A DNA stretch of 64,000 nt from Planctomycetota bacterium (GTDB taxonomy: Bacteria > Planctomycetota > UBA1135 > UBA2386), in NCBI GenBank assembly GCA_046290465.1, contig JBKAGP010000001.1, positions 1,152,001 to 1,216,000 on the forward strand, read 5' to 3'. This document shows, in pieces, positions 44,901 through 53,807 of this stretch (positions within the stretch are counted from its first letter, which is position 1; each line of letters starts with the position of its first letter). The notes beneath the pieces are model-generated. The model did no database searches. It was not told where the DNA came from and saw nothing but the letters and a program-made list of their open reading frames with translations. Position numbers and translations under genes: made by a program.

Positions 44901-45155
44901 CAGCGACGCGTAGCCGCGCCGATCCTGCGCGATCAGCGACAACCGCCGGCCGCGGTGCACCAGCTCGGTCCCGAACACCGCCTCGAGCCCGACCCGCCGC
45001 GCCGCCTGCGCAAACGGATAGAGCCCGTAGAGCCCGTTGGTGTCGTGCAGGACCAGGTGCGACAGCCCGAGCCGCACCGCCTCCTCACACATCGCCTGCG
45101 GCGACGCCGGCGCCGTCAGCAGCGAGAAGTGGGTCCGGGACAGCAGCAGGGCCAT
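41907..45155 (-). CDS. dnaE2: Error-prone DNA polymerase III alpha subunit
   Basis: PHP HFSLL..HDTNGLYG, GRGSAADSLVAHCLGLT, PDIDLDF, PRHLGVHPGG, KIDLLG, FCKAHS, C-terminal OB fold. Confidence 0.88.
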   Translation of the reverse strand: MALLLSRTHFSLLTAPASPQAMCEEAVRLGLSHLVLHDTNGLYGLYPFAQAARRVGLEAVFGTELVHRGRRLSLIAQDRRGYASLCALLSRYHGVGSGVGAAGGAFDLPRACERFADGLWFVCGDPRLLPELSVRVPRERLLVALPPRGPERPDHGAGNPAVAGRKLPDPGVAWPRRMLRDLARDLELQLCAVRDVWFPTPDDHVLHQLFLAVKWNRSLRSLVAGGGDAMRDLRGIGVAAPDMHLPTPQQLRDGHDDAPEAVAMAEQVLQSCSLEFAERAAPIFPPIELARGETAEGCLRELVLRGMKQRYGGRDAFADAQQRCERELQVIERMGFAPYFLAVHQIVDLARARDIPFVGRGSAADSLVAHCLGLTDADPIRYGLLFERFLNPGRSDLPDIDLDFCWRRRDELIDAVYEHFGRDHVAMIATYNTCGPRSAYQEAAKVMGLPPQEAARRSKRLPWHAGGGIDLAETIAETPGFFRAGRSPGRGGERASVHDSSSLPAAAERMLLRLAQQLLAAPRHLGVHPGGVVITPQPIATHAPLERAAKGVVVTQYDMHFVEGLGMVKIDLLGNRALSIVHDCVTMLGGHGVRVPDLHAIPEDDERTAHLLQNGGTLGCFQVESPAMRTLLQQVGAATMDRVIQAVALVRPGPASSGMKEAFIRRARGMEEATAAHPLLLEVFADTFGIMLYQEDVIRAAMAVAGLDATAGDVLRRDLGKRGRTHAMQDEADAFVVAGLRRGLPRQAIEQIWAEMARFAAYSFCKAHSVTYGRLAYRCVFLKARWPAAFLCAMLRNDAGYFASGVYAEEAKRLGAELRAPCVQQGAAEHELIGEKVIRIGLGTVHGLGERTVDRILTARRAGGPFGDLVDFLQRVRPMRNEVENLIQVGALDGLGTSRPELLWRLQVAMTPRAQKAIERSAAASRGALFVDAVTPREASYPQLPDYDDKQRADHELTLLGFTLGSHPVDVLWRRGELPVLSRCVPCGKVGEHVGRTVRVCGFAVAFRGHAIRRGVANSKNGGMCFVTIEDGTGIVESTLFPKVYQRVGGLLQGRGPFVFTGQVEERVGGGLGLRVSEVEMP

Positions 45156-45189
45156 CCTCTCGGTATACCTAACAAACCACGAACATCAA
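45156..45189 (-). promoter_or_regulatory. Candidate sigma70 promoter of dnaE2 with an embedded LexA-like repeat
   Basis: Minus strand TTGATG-16 nt-TATACC-6 nt-ATG; GTTC-N7-GTTA lies in the spacer. Confidence 0.45.
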
Positions 45190-45302
45190 GCCCACGGAGC
45201 AGGCCGGAGACCGATCCAACGGGGCCCGGCGACGGCGCGCCTGGAGGTGAGGCAAACGCAGCAGGCAGGGCGCAGCATGCCCCGCCCATCGCACGCCCCA
45301 CG

Positions 45303-45908
45303 CTAGTCGTCGTAGTCGTCGAAGCGGCTGCCGCCGCGCCGGCCGCGGTCGTCGCCGCCGTCCTCGTGGCGCCGGCGCCCGTGGCCGCCGCGCCCCTTGC
45401 GGCCGCGGTCGCGCTCGCGACTCGGCCGCGCATCGGGCCCGAAACGCCGCTCCCGGTTCTCGCGGGCGCGCTCGGCCGGATCGCGGTTGTCGTCGTCGCC
45501 GCCACCACCGCCGCCGAACGACTGGTCGCGGTCGGGCCGGTCCAGACCGTCGCCGCCGCGGTGGTCATGGCCGCGGTTGCCGTAGCCGCCGCGACCGCCG
45601 CCGGGGCCACCGCGCGGGCCGCCCGACCCTCCGCCTCCCGGTCCGCCACCCCCTGGCCGACGATCTTCGGCCTCCGAGACGCGCAGCGTGCGCGTTCCGA
45701 AGGCGGCGCCGTTCATCGTGGCGATCGCCTGCCGTGCTTCTTCGTCGTTCCCCATCTCGACGAATGCGAAGCCGCGAGGGCGCTGCGTTTCGCGGTCGAG
45801 GGGGATGTGCACGCGTTCGACGGATCCACCGCTCTCGGTGAAGGCAGCGCGGATGGCGTCTTCGTCGGCGTCGTACGGGAGGTTTCCGACGTACAGTCTC
45901 TTGCCCAT
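45303..45908 (-). CDS. RRM RNA-binding protein with Gly/Arg/Asp-rich tail
   Basis: RLYVGNL (RNP2), RGFAFVEM (RNP1), low-complexity C-terminus. Confidence 0.92.
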   Translation of the reverse strand: MGKRLYVGNLPYDADEDAIRAAFTESGGSVERVHIPLDRETQRPRGFAFVEMGNDEEARQAIATMNGAAFGTRTLRVSEAEDRRPGGGGPGGGGSGGPRGGPGGGRGGYGNRGHDHRGGDGLDRPDRDQSFGGGGGGDDDNRDPAERARENRERRFGPDARPSRERDRGRKGRGGHGRRRHEDGGDDRGRRGGSRFDDYDD

Positions 45909-46067
45909 GCGGGGGAGTGGCAGTCTCGAGTGGCAACGTGGCCGGGATCGACTCCGACCACGCGCCGTATGATACGCGCCGAATCCAGCCCGAAAAGCGC
46001 CTCCGGCCCAGTTTCCGCCGCGAAGCCCCGCTGGCACGCCGGCCACCGACCCCCTATCCCTGCAGCC

Positions 46068-46826
46068 ATGACCGTCCGCAAGCTCCTGCTCACCGTCACC
46101 CTGCCGCTGGTCGCGTTTGCGTGCAGCGGCCCCGAGAACGAGACCAAACCGTCGCAGGCGCCGATCGTGCAGGCGCCCGAAGCGCCCCCCGAGGAGCCCG
46201 TTGCAACCACGCCCGACGAGACCATGCCCGACGACAACGAAGCCCCGCAGTCCCCGGCCGCGAAGACCGACGAGCCCGCCGCCAACGCAGGGCAAAAGGA
46301 GGTCGCGACCTTCGGTGGCGGCTGCTTCTGGTGCACCGAGGCGGTGCTCGAGCAGCTCGACGGCGTGCTCGACGTGATGTCGGGCTACATGGGCGGCGAG
46401 GTCGACGACCCGACCTACAAGCAGGTCTGCGAAGGCACGACCGGCCACGCCGAGGTCGTGCAGGTGACGTTCGACCCCGCGGTGATCAGCTACGAGAAGC
46501 TGCTCGAGTGGTTCTTCCGCTCGCACGACCCGACGACGCTCAACCGCCAGGGCTACGACGTCGGCACGCAGTACCGTTCGGCGATCTTCTTCCACAGCGA
46601 AGCGCAGCAGCGCACCGCCAACCAGCTGATCCAGCAGATCGCCGGCAACTGGGAGGATCCGATCGTGACCGAGGTGAGCAAGGCGGTGACGTTCTGGCCG
46701 GCCGAGGGCTACCACCAGGACTACTACCGGGGGAACACGGGGCAGCGGTACTGCCGGGCGGTGATCCTGCCGAAGCTGGAGAAGCTGGGGTTGGACGTGA
46801 ACGGGAAGGAAGCGGCGAAGAAGTAG
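46068..46826 (+). CDS. msrA: Peptide methionine sulfoxide reductase A, lipoprotein
   Basis: Lipobox VAFA|C, Pro/Glu linker, FGGGCFWCTE, GHAEVV, HDPTTLNRQG, AEGYHQDYY. Confidence 0.93.
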   Translation: MTVRKLLLTVTLPLVAFACSGPENETKPSQAPIVQAPEAPPEEPVATTPDETMPDDNEAPQSPAAKTDEPAANAGQKEVATFGGGCFWCTEAVLEQLDGVLDVMSGYMGGEVDDPTYKQVCEGTTGHAEVVQVTFDPAVISYEKLLEWFFRSHDPTTLNRQGYDVGTQYRSAIFFHSEAQQRTANQLIQQIAGNWEDPIVTEVSKAVTFWPAEGYHQDYYRGNTGQRYCRAVILPKLEKLGLDVNGKEAAKK

Positions 46827-47005
46827 GCGGCGTCGACGGCGTGATCAGGCGCGCAAACGACGCCGACCACCCCGACACGAAATCCCGGACATTCCATGTC
46901 GCCCCCTCCCGCCGGATCTCGTTCCCGCGGGTGATGGCACCCCAACTCCAGGCCTGCCGGTCGGCGATTGCGCACAAGAGCCGACCCTCTATGCTCCGAA
47001 CCGTC

Positions 47006-47602
47006 ATGAAGGACGAGGACGGAGTCGGCAACGACACCGCGGCGATCGATGTCGCCCTGAAGCGACTGCAGGCAGGCGACAAGACCGCCTGGCAGGAGCT
47101 GATGCCGCTCGTCTACGGCGAACTGCACTCGATCGCGCGCCGCGAGATGTCGAAGCAGGCCGCCACCCATACGCTGCAGGCGACCGCGCTCGTCAACGAG
47201 GCGTTCGTCAAGCTCTGCCGCGGCAGCAGCATGCCGTCGTCGCAGCACAACGAGTTCCTCGGCCTTGCGGCGACCGCGATGCGCAGCATCCTGACCGACC
47301 ACGCACGCGCCAAGAACTGCGCCAAGCGCAGTGCGCCAGGCGGGCACGTGGTGCTCAGCGATGCACTGGAGCTCGTGATCGACGAGCAGTGGAGCCGTTC
47401 GCCGATGACCGTACTCGAACTCAACGACCTGCTCGACAAGCTCGCCGAGATGGACCCGCAGGGCGCCAAGATGGTCGAGCTGCGGTACTTCGCGGGCCGC
47501 ACCGTCGAGGAAGCCGCCGCCGCCGTCGGCATCAGCGTCCGCACGTCGCAACGACACTGGCGAGCGGTCGCCGCCTGGATGAAGCGCGAACTCGAGAAGT
47601 GA
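47006..47602 (+). CDS. ECF43/TIGR02999-type sigma factor
   Basis: LMPLVYGELHSIA, HTLQATALVNEA, MRSILTDHAR..KR, VELRYFAG; start 46991 or 47006. Confidence 0.88.
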   Translation: MKDEDGVGNDTAAIDVALKRLQAGDKTAWQELMPLVYGELHSIARREMSKQAATHTLQATALVNEAFVKLCRGSSMPSSQHNEFLGLAATAMRSILTDHARAKNCAKRSAPGGHVVLSDALELVIDEQWSRSPMTVLELNDLLDKLAEMDPQGAKMVELRYFAGRTVEEAAAAVGISVRTSQRHWRAVAAWMKRELEK

Positions 47603-50124
47603 CTCCCGATAGCTGGAAGCGCGTGCTGGCCATCCATGCGGATGCGCTCGATCTGCCGGAGGCAGACCGGGAGGCGTTCGTGCGCAACGCGGCCAAAGGC
47701 GACGACGAGATCTTCGCCGAGGTGATGTCGCTGCTCGCGGTCGATCTCGGCGAGCACGACATGGAACCGCCCGGGGCGTCGGCGACCGCCGAGGCCGCGC
47801 CCGACGGCACACCCGGCGAACGGCGCCTCGGCCCCTACCTGCTCGGCGGTACGCTGGGACACGGCGCGACCGGCACGGTCTTCCGCGCGCTCGACACGCA
47901 GCTGCAGCGGGACGTCGCGGTCAAGGTGCTGGAGACCGGCCTGACGACGACACCGAGCCAGGTCGCGCGGTTCCGTTCGGAGCCGCGCAGGATCGCGAGG
48001 CTGCGACACAAGAACATCGTCAAGATCCACGCCAGCGGCCACGAAGGCACGACCAGCTGGTTTGCGATGGAGCTGATCGACGGGCACGACTTGTCGAAGG
48101 AGCTCGACCTGCAGCGCAACCGTTCGCACGCGGCGCTCCTGCCGGCGCCAGGTGAGTCGGGGCACGTGCGCAGAGCCGCGCAGCTGTGCGCCGAGGTAGC
48201 CGACGCGCTGCAGGCCGCCCACGATGCCGGGATCGTGCACCGCGACGTCAAGCCGCAGAACCTGCTGCTCGACGCAGGAGGAGAGGTTCACCTCGTCGAC
48301 TTCGGCCTGGCACGGGACGAACGCTACGGCGGAGCATCGCTGACGCAGAGCGGCGCGGTGCTCGGCACCGTGCACTACATGAGCCCGGAGCAGACCCAGG
48401 CAGCGCGGGCCAAGGTCGACGCGCGCACCGATGTGTATTCGCTCGGGGTCGTGCTCTACGAGATGCTGACCTTGACCAAGCCGTTCGATGGCGGGTCCAT
48501 GGAAGAGGTCTGGCAGTGCATCCGCACGGCAGAACCGAAGGCCGTGCGCAAGCTGCGGGCATCGGTGCCGAGGGACCTGGAACTGATCGTCAACCAGGCG
48601 ATGGCGCGTGATCCGCAGGATCGCTACGCGACGGCAAAGGCGTTGGCGGAGGACCTGCGACGGTTTCTGGCGTTCGAGAGCATCGAGGCGAAGGCCCCGA
48701 CGATCGGGCAGCGTGTGCGGCGGTTCGTGGTTCGGAACCGTCGCTTGTTGGCGGCCGCGCTGGGTGCGGTCTTGTTTGCAACGATTGGGTGGTCGTGGTC
48801 GTCTCTGCAGGCGCGCGAGGCGCGCCTCGGCGGCGTTGCGAACGAGACGCAGGGGCTGCTCGAGGCCCTCGCCGACGCATCCGACGCCGAGCTGCTGCGG
48901 CTGCAGCAGCACGTGAAGACGCTCAGGAACTCGAGCGAGCAACCCCACTTGCTGCTCGCCAAGAGCGCGGCGACCCAGCTCGCGACGCTCGAGGCCAGGT
49001 GGACTAGGACGGCCGACGAATGGACTCGGGCGGGGCGCGAAGCGGGAGACGACTCCCTCCTCTCGCAAGCCAAGATCCTGCGCTATCGCCTCGCGCTGAT
49101 CTTCGAGGGCAATCCGGAACACCTCGCCGCGCTGTCGGAGAACGACTTCGCACCGAGGCTCACGGTGGACCTGCGCGATCGTGAGGACGGCCCCCTACGA
49201 GGCGCCGTCAGCCTCCGCGAGATCGACCCGGTCACGGGACAACCGACATCGAGCATCCCGATCGGCGACCTGCCGATTCGAAACCACGAGGCGCCGATAG
49301 GCCTGTACCGCATCTCCGTACAAACCGGCCCCTACGGTCTGCGCGAGTTCACCAGACGCCTGCGGCGGGGCGAGAGCACCGTCATCAACTATCGACTGTC
49401 CCGGACCCCCGAAGAAGTCGCCGACCAACTCGTGCCGATTGCGAGGGGAACGCTCGAGCTCCGTGACGCCAACGCAGGACTGTCCGGCATCAACAACCGG
49501 AGCGTGGATGTGGAGGCCTTCGAGATCCTGCGGACCGAAGTGTCGAATGCGATGTATCGCGAGTTCCTCGAGCTACACCCCAAACACAAGAAGCCCTATC
49601 ACTGGGATCAGGTCCCGGCGGGCTCGGCACGCGACCAGCTCCCGGTTGTGTTCGTCAGCTGGTACGACGCTCGGGACTACGCCGAGTGGTCGGGCCTTCG
49701 TCTGCTGACCCACGCAGAATGGATGCTCGCGGCCCGCACGACCAAAGGCCATCGCTTCCCATGGGGCGACAAAGAACCGTGGCGAGGCAACGTGAACGTC
49801 GAGTTCTCGTTCGCCCCCAGCCCAGCCAAACAGGCCGAGCTCTACTTCCGCCATGCGAGGCCGGTGACAAGCGATCCAGACGCGAACACGCGCAACGGAC
49901 TGTTCCACATGCTCGGCAACGTGTGGGAGTGGAGCGAGAGCGCGCAGCCCGCGATCCGTTCGGGCACCCTGGTACCGGCTCTGCACGACCGCGTCATCCT
50001 GGGTGGCGGCTGGCATTCCCAGCGCGAACCGCGCGACCTGCGCACGGCGCTGATGAAGGCGCTGCCCGACCAGAGCAGCGCCATCTACAACCGCGGCTTC
50101 CGATGCGGAAGAAGCACCCCGTAA
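47599..50124 (+). CDS. Ser/Thr kinase fused to an FGE-sulfatase (SUMF1-like) domain
   Basis: GTGA overlap with the ECF; HRDVKPQN, DFG, YMSPEQ; TM; PVVFVSWYDA, RLLTHAEW, GLFHMLGNVWEW, GFRC. Confidence 0.9.
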   Translation: MTPDSWKRVLAIHADALDLPEADREAFVRNAAKGDDEIFAEVMSLLAVDLGEHDMEPPGASATAEAAPDGTPGERRLGPYLLGGTLGHGATGTVFRALDTQLQRDVAVKVLETGLTTTPSQVARFRSEPRRIARLRHKNIVKIHASGHEGTTSWFAMELIDGHDLSKELDLQRNRSHAALLPAPGESGHVRRAAQLCAEVADALQAAHDAGIVHRDVKPQNLLLDAGGEVHLVDFGLARDERYGGASLTQSGAVLGTVHYMSPEQTQAARAKVDARTDVYSLGVVLYEMLTLTKPFDGGSMEEVWQCIRTAEPKAVRKLRASVPRDLELIVNQAMARDPQDRYATAKALAEDLRRFLAFESIEAKAPTIGQRVRRFVVRNRRLLAAALGAVLFATIGWSWSSLQAREARLGGVANETQGLLEALADASDAELLRLQQHVKTLRNSSEQPHLLLAKSAATQLATLEARWTRTADEWTRAGREAGDDSLLSQAKILRYRLALIFEGNPEHLAALSENDFAPRLTVDLRDREDGPLRGAVSLREIDPVTGQPTSSIPIGDLPIRNHEAPIGLYRISVQTGPYGLREFTRRLRRGESTVINYRLSRTPEEVADQLVPIARGTLELRDANAGLSGINNRSVDVEAFEILRTEVSNAMYREFLELHPKHKKPYHWDQVPAGSARDQLPVVFVSWYDARDYAEWSGLRLLTHAEWMLAARTTKGHRFPWGDKEPWRGNVNVEFSFAPSPAKQAELYFRHARPVTSDPDANTRNGLFHMLGNVWEWSESAQPAIRSGTLVPALHDRVILGGGWHSQREPRDLRTALMKALPDQSSAIYNRGFRCGRSTP

Positions 50125-50138
50125 TCCTCTCTCGCCTC

Positions 50139-51323
50139 ATGACAACTACCGACCCCCGCTGCCTCAAGGCCGCGTGCGACCGCGCCAACGCCTACTGGCT
50201 CGACCGCCGCCGCCCCCCCAACACCTACGGCGTTCGCATCGAGTTCGCCGCAACGGCCACGCGGATCATCTGGATCAAGCTGGCGACCGCTCCGTTCGAG
50301 CTAGGCAAGGAGAGCTCCTCAATCGGTAAGATCCATGAAGTCGCCCCCACGGAAGAGGGCTCCTATACGCGACTCGAGTTCGTCACGTGGGAGCAGGGTT
50401 CCGTCGGAGAGTCGGAGGACCCCACCGCGTTGACGATCGAATGGGACGGCGAACCACCGCACATCGTAAGCTTCGAGTGGATCGTCGACCCGCCCGATGG
50501 TGAGCCGATGCTGCCCACGCCCGTGACCGGCAAGCAGGTCTATGCGTGGCGACGACAGGTCATCGAGACCGTCAGCCGCAGCTGCGCCTCGAACTACCAC
50601 CCCGCCCAAACCGGGTTGAGGAAGCGGATGCTCTTCTTCCTCGAGTTCGACATGCGCACGCAGCCGGCTCTGCTCGACGACGACGCCGACAAGGAGGCGA
50701 TCACAGCGTTCAGAGATCGCCTCACGGGCCGAATGCGACACCGCCTGCGGCATGCGAGCAAGGGGCAGGACTTCGACACATACGGTTCGCGCGACCATGC
50801 CTGCTGGCCGCACGCGAAGCGGGTCAGCCGCATCATCTACGATCACTGGAAGGAGACCTTCCCAGACGATGGGCGCCTCCTAGCCCTGGACGACTGCTTC
50901 GAGTCCTTCGTATGCGGAGACCTCAGCATTGGGAAACACCCGTCCCGGCACAACATCCTCGACACCCACGGGGCACCCAACTCCTTCTTCTACCTGCACC
51001 TTGCTGAAGCCGCCCTCTTCCTGGCCCACTTCGAGTCCGAGCAAGAGGACGGAAGCAGCGAGCGAGCCGACTTCTGGACGAAGGCGTTGTCGACCTTCGT
51101 TCGTACGGCCGAAGTCTATGTGCAGCTGTACTGGAACGGAGGATGCCGGCGCACCAATGCGTATGGCTACCGCTGGCTCGGCAAGTCGGCCTTTACCCCC
51201 GATCAGCGGCGACGCCTACGTGAAGCGTACGGCCCCCGGACGGATCTTCAGCAACTGCGCCAGCACTTCAACACCATCCTGCTGACAGCACGCCGCGACG
51301 ACGTGCGCATCCTCTTCCCCTAA
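50139..51323 (+). CDS. Hypothetical protein
   Basis: 394-aa ORF 14 bp after the kinase stop; protein-like composition; no family recognised. Confidence 0.65.
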   Translation: MTTTDPRCLKAACDRANAYWLDRRRPPNTYGVRIEFAATATRIIWIKLATAPFELGKESSSIGKIHEVAPTEEGSYTRLEFVTWEQGSVGESEDPTALTIEWDGEPPHIVSFEWIVDPPDGEPMLPTPVTGKQVYAWRRQVIETVSRSCASNYHPAQTGLRKRMLFFLEFDMRTQPALLDDDADKEAITAFRDRLTGRMRHRLRHASKGQDFDTYGSRDHACWPHAKRVSRIIYDHWKETFPDDGRLLALDDCFESFVCGDLSIGKHPSRHNILDTHGAPNSFFYLHLAEAALFLAHFESEQEDGSSERADFWTKALSTFVRTAEVYVQLYWNGGCRRTNAYGYRWLGKSAFTPDQRRRLREAYGPRTDLQQLRQHFNTILLTARRDDVRILFP

Positions 51324-51338
51324 CCCCAACCCAAGAAC

Positions 51339-51659
51339 ATGGACCAGAATCTGACTCTCTACACCTACTGCACAGACGACCACGGCAAGAGGCAGCCTCC
51401 TGGCGACCTAGCTACGGCCTTCGGCGAATGGGAAAAGCACATGACCGAGATCCCTGACGTCGACACCTGGCAGCTGCGCAACAAGGAGATCTGGAAGCTG
51501 ATCAACACGTTCACTACTTCCAATGCAACGATGGACAAGACGAAGTACGAGGAGTCGCGCCAAAGCGGCGACACGTGGGTCTACGGCAAGGACGGCGTCT
51601 ACGTGGAGTTCAAGAAGGGCGACACCGTCCGCTACTTCGGCGCACAAACAGCCGTCTGA
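51339..51659 (+). CDS. Hypothetical small protein
   Basis: 106-aa ORF 15 bp after the previous stop; lower GC; no family recognised. Confidence 0.6.
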   Translation: MDQNLTLYTYCTDDHGKRQPPGDLATAFGEWEKHMTEIPDVDTWQLRNKEIWKLINTFTTSNATMDKTKYEESRQSGDTWVYGKDGVYVEFKKGDTVRYFGAQTAV

Positions 51660-52250
51660 TCACCTAACCCACCGCTGCTCCTGCAGCAGCACCTCCTTCC
51701 CGGCCATCCCCTCCCAGATCCGCACCAGCACTTCGCCGCGCTCTCGCACGTCGAACTGCAACCGGAATGGCCGCCCGTTCGGCGTGAACGCGTCCACCAT
51801 GCTCCCCCGCATGGTGATCACGTTCACGTCGTCCCCGGGCTCCCCGCGGCACTCGACCCCCCAGGTCGAACCGGTGTCCCGCCACGACGCCGTGTACAAC
51901 CCCTTCAACGTGTCGAACCCGACGATCTGCAGCGCCTGCAGTTCGTTGCCCTGCAGGTCGAGTTCGAAGTTGAGCGCCACGTAGCGGCCGCCGAGCATGC
52001 CGACGCCGGCCACCTTGCCGGTGTCCTCGTGCACCTTGCCGTCGGGCGCCGTGGTCTTGACCGTGACGTTCCACTTGCCGCCGAGGCGCCGCAGCACGTC
52101 GTGCTGCGCGACGGTCTTGGACAGCTCGCGGGCGCGGCGCAGCGACTCGGCGTCGGGTTGGCGCACGTTGGGCTTGGGGTCCTGCACGACGACGGCGCCG
52201 AGGCAGACCAGCGCGATGGCGAGAACGAGCGACCAGCTGCGGAACGTCAT
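51660..52250 (-). CDS. DUF1579-like exported protein
   Basis: Signal peptide; HDVLRRLGGKW, LGGRYV, GFDTLKGLYTASWRD. Confidence 0.75.
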   Translation of the reverse strand: MTFRSWSLVLAIALVCLGAVVVQDPKPNVRQPDAESLRRARELSKTVAQHDVLRRLGGKWNVTVKTTAPDGKVHEDTGKVAGVGMLGGRYVALNFELDLQGNELQALQIVGFDTLKGLYTASWRDTGSTWGVECRGEPGDDVNVITMRGSMVDAFTPNGRPFRLQFDVRERGEVLVRIWEGMAGKEVLLQEQRWVR

Positions 52251-52304
52251 GGCCACCAGCGTGGCATTGCCTGGCGCCGGGGTCCAGCGGAGGATGGCCG
52301 CCAG

Positions 52305-53198
52305 ATGTCGCAGCTCGTCGCGCCCGCCCGCTCCGCCTCGATGACCAACGCCCTGCTGGTCGCCGTTCTGTGCCTGGTCTGGAGCAGCACCTGGTGGGCG
52401 ATCCGGATCTGCCTCGAGGAGCAGCCGCCGATCTCGTCGTGCGCCGTGCGGTTCTCGATCGCGGGCGTCGCGATGGCGCTGGTGGCGCCGCGGCTGCGCG
52501 CGCGCGAACAGGCCCCGTCACCGCCGGCCTGGCTGTGGATCGTCAGCGGGCTGACCACCTTCGGCACCGGCTACGGCGTGCTCTACATCGCGGAGACGGT
52601 CGTGCCGTCGGGCATCGCCGCGGTGCTGTGGGCGATCTTTCCGCTGCTGATGGCCGCCAGCGCGACCTGCTTCCTCGGCGAACGGCTGCGGCTGGCGCAG
52701 TGGCTCGGCTTCGCGGTGTCGTTCGCCGGCATCGTGGTCGTGTTCTCCGGCGACCTCGGCGGCGTCGACGACGAGCACGTCGGCTACGCGTGGCTGCTGC
52801 TGCTGAGTCCGCTGATCGCGACCTTCAGCACGACGCTGATCAAGAAGCACGGCAGCCGCACCAGCTCGGTCGTCCTCAACCGCAACGCCATGCTGGTCGG
52901 CGCGGCGCTGCTGACCGCATGGGCGTTCGTGCGGGAAGATCCCCTGAGCATGACGTGGTCGTGGCGCGCTACCATGGCCACGCTCTACCTGGCGGTGCTG
53001 GGCACGACGATGACCTTTGGCATCTACTTCTGGCTGCTGCGCACCGCCCCCGCCTCGATGCTCGCCCTGATCAACTATGTGACCCCGGTGCTGGCGATGG
53101 TGCTCGCCGCGCTGGTCGGCGACGGCCAGCACGGCCCGCTGGCGTGGACCGGGGCCGGACTGGTGGTGATCGGCATCGCGCTGGTGGTGCGCCGATGA
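52305..53198 (+). CDS. EamA/DMT family transporter
   Basis: LVWSSTWWAI, RF, PSGIAAV, LGERL, YLAVLGT, PVLAMVL; about 10 TMs; start 52305 or 52341. Confidence 0.88.
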   Translation: MSQLVAPARSASMTNALLVAVLCLVWSSTWWAIRICLEEQPPISSCAVRFSIAGVAMALVAPRLRAREQAPSPPAWLWIVSGLTTFGTGYGVLYIAETVVPSGIAAVLWAIFPLLMAASATCFLGERLRLAQWLGFAVSFAGIVVVFSGDLGGVDDEHVGYAWLLLLSPLIATFSTTLIKKHGSRTSSVVLNRNAMLVGAALLTAWAFVREDPLSMTWSWRATMATLYLAVLGTTMTFGIYFWLLRTAPASMLALINYVTPVLAMVLAALVGDGQHGPLAWTGAGLVVIGIALVVRR

Positions 53199-53725
53199 GC
53201 CGCCGCCGCCGCTCCTCGCCGCTGCTCGCCCTCCGCAGGATCCCGTGGCGGCGCATCCCGCTGCGGCCGCACACGAGGCGCGGTGCCGGCGCGCTCGCGG
53301 TCGTGCTGCTGGCCGCGCTGTGGTGGGCGTCGACCGGCGATGCGCACGCCGGCGCCGAGACCTGGTCGCGCCGCCAGTTGCTCGACGCGATCCGCTGGGT
53401 CGAGTCGCGCGACGTCGACGACGAGGACGTTCGCGACGGCGACGGCGGCCTCGCGATCGGCCCCTACCAGATCCACTTCGTCTACTGGGCGGACGCGGTC
53501 GGCTTCGACGAGTCGATCGGCGGGGACTACCAGGACTGTCGCCGACGCGGCTACGCCGAGCGGATCCTCGACGCCTACATGCGCCGCTACGCGCCCGAGG
53601 CGTGGCTGGCCGGCGACGCCGAACGGGTCGCGCGCGTGCACAACGGCGGCCCGACCGGTCCGCTGAAGCAGGCGACCGAACGGTACTGGCGCAAGGTCCA
53701 CGCGCGGCTGACGGCGTCGCAGTAG
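53195..53725 (+). CDS. Exported lysozyme-like protein (i-type/destabilase-like or lytic transglycosylase)
   Basis: ATGA overlap; signal ..GDAHA|; LLDAIRWVES (catalytic Glu), GPYQIHFVYWADA, ARVHNGGP. Confidence 0.75.
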   Translation: MSRRRRSSPLLALRRIPWRRIPLRPHTRRGAGALAVVLLAALWWASTGDAHAGAETWSRRQLLDAIRWVESRDVDDEDVRDGDGGLAIGPYQIHFVYWADAVGFDESIGGDYQDCRRRGYAERILDAYMRRYAPEAWLAGDAERVARVHNGGPTGPLKQATERYWRKVHARLTASQ

Positions 53726-53807
53726 CGGCGTCGCCATGGCGGCGTCGCGGCTGATGGCGTCACGATCGCGGCGCCCCCGCCCTCACCGCATACGCCGCCA
53801 GCGTGGC

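Noticed and set aside
42126..46067. Very long alternative-frame ORFs (e.g. 42126..46826 +, 9428..12430 -, 26588..30079 -, 16629..19694 +)
   Set aside because: Antisense shadows of real genes caused by high GC3; Arg/Ala/Gly-rich with no motifs. Only the msrA tail of 42126..46826 is real.
46068..46826. MsrA as a third selenoprotein
   Set aside because: Active site is GCFWC, encoded by TGC; no in-frame TGA.
49400..50124. Diversity-generating retroelement target (FGE/C-type lectin domain)
   Set aside because: No reverse transcriptase and no template repeat of the 3' region seen in the window.
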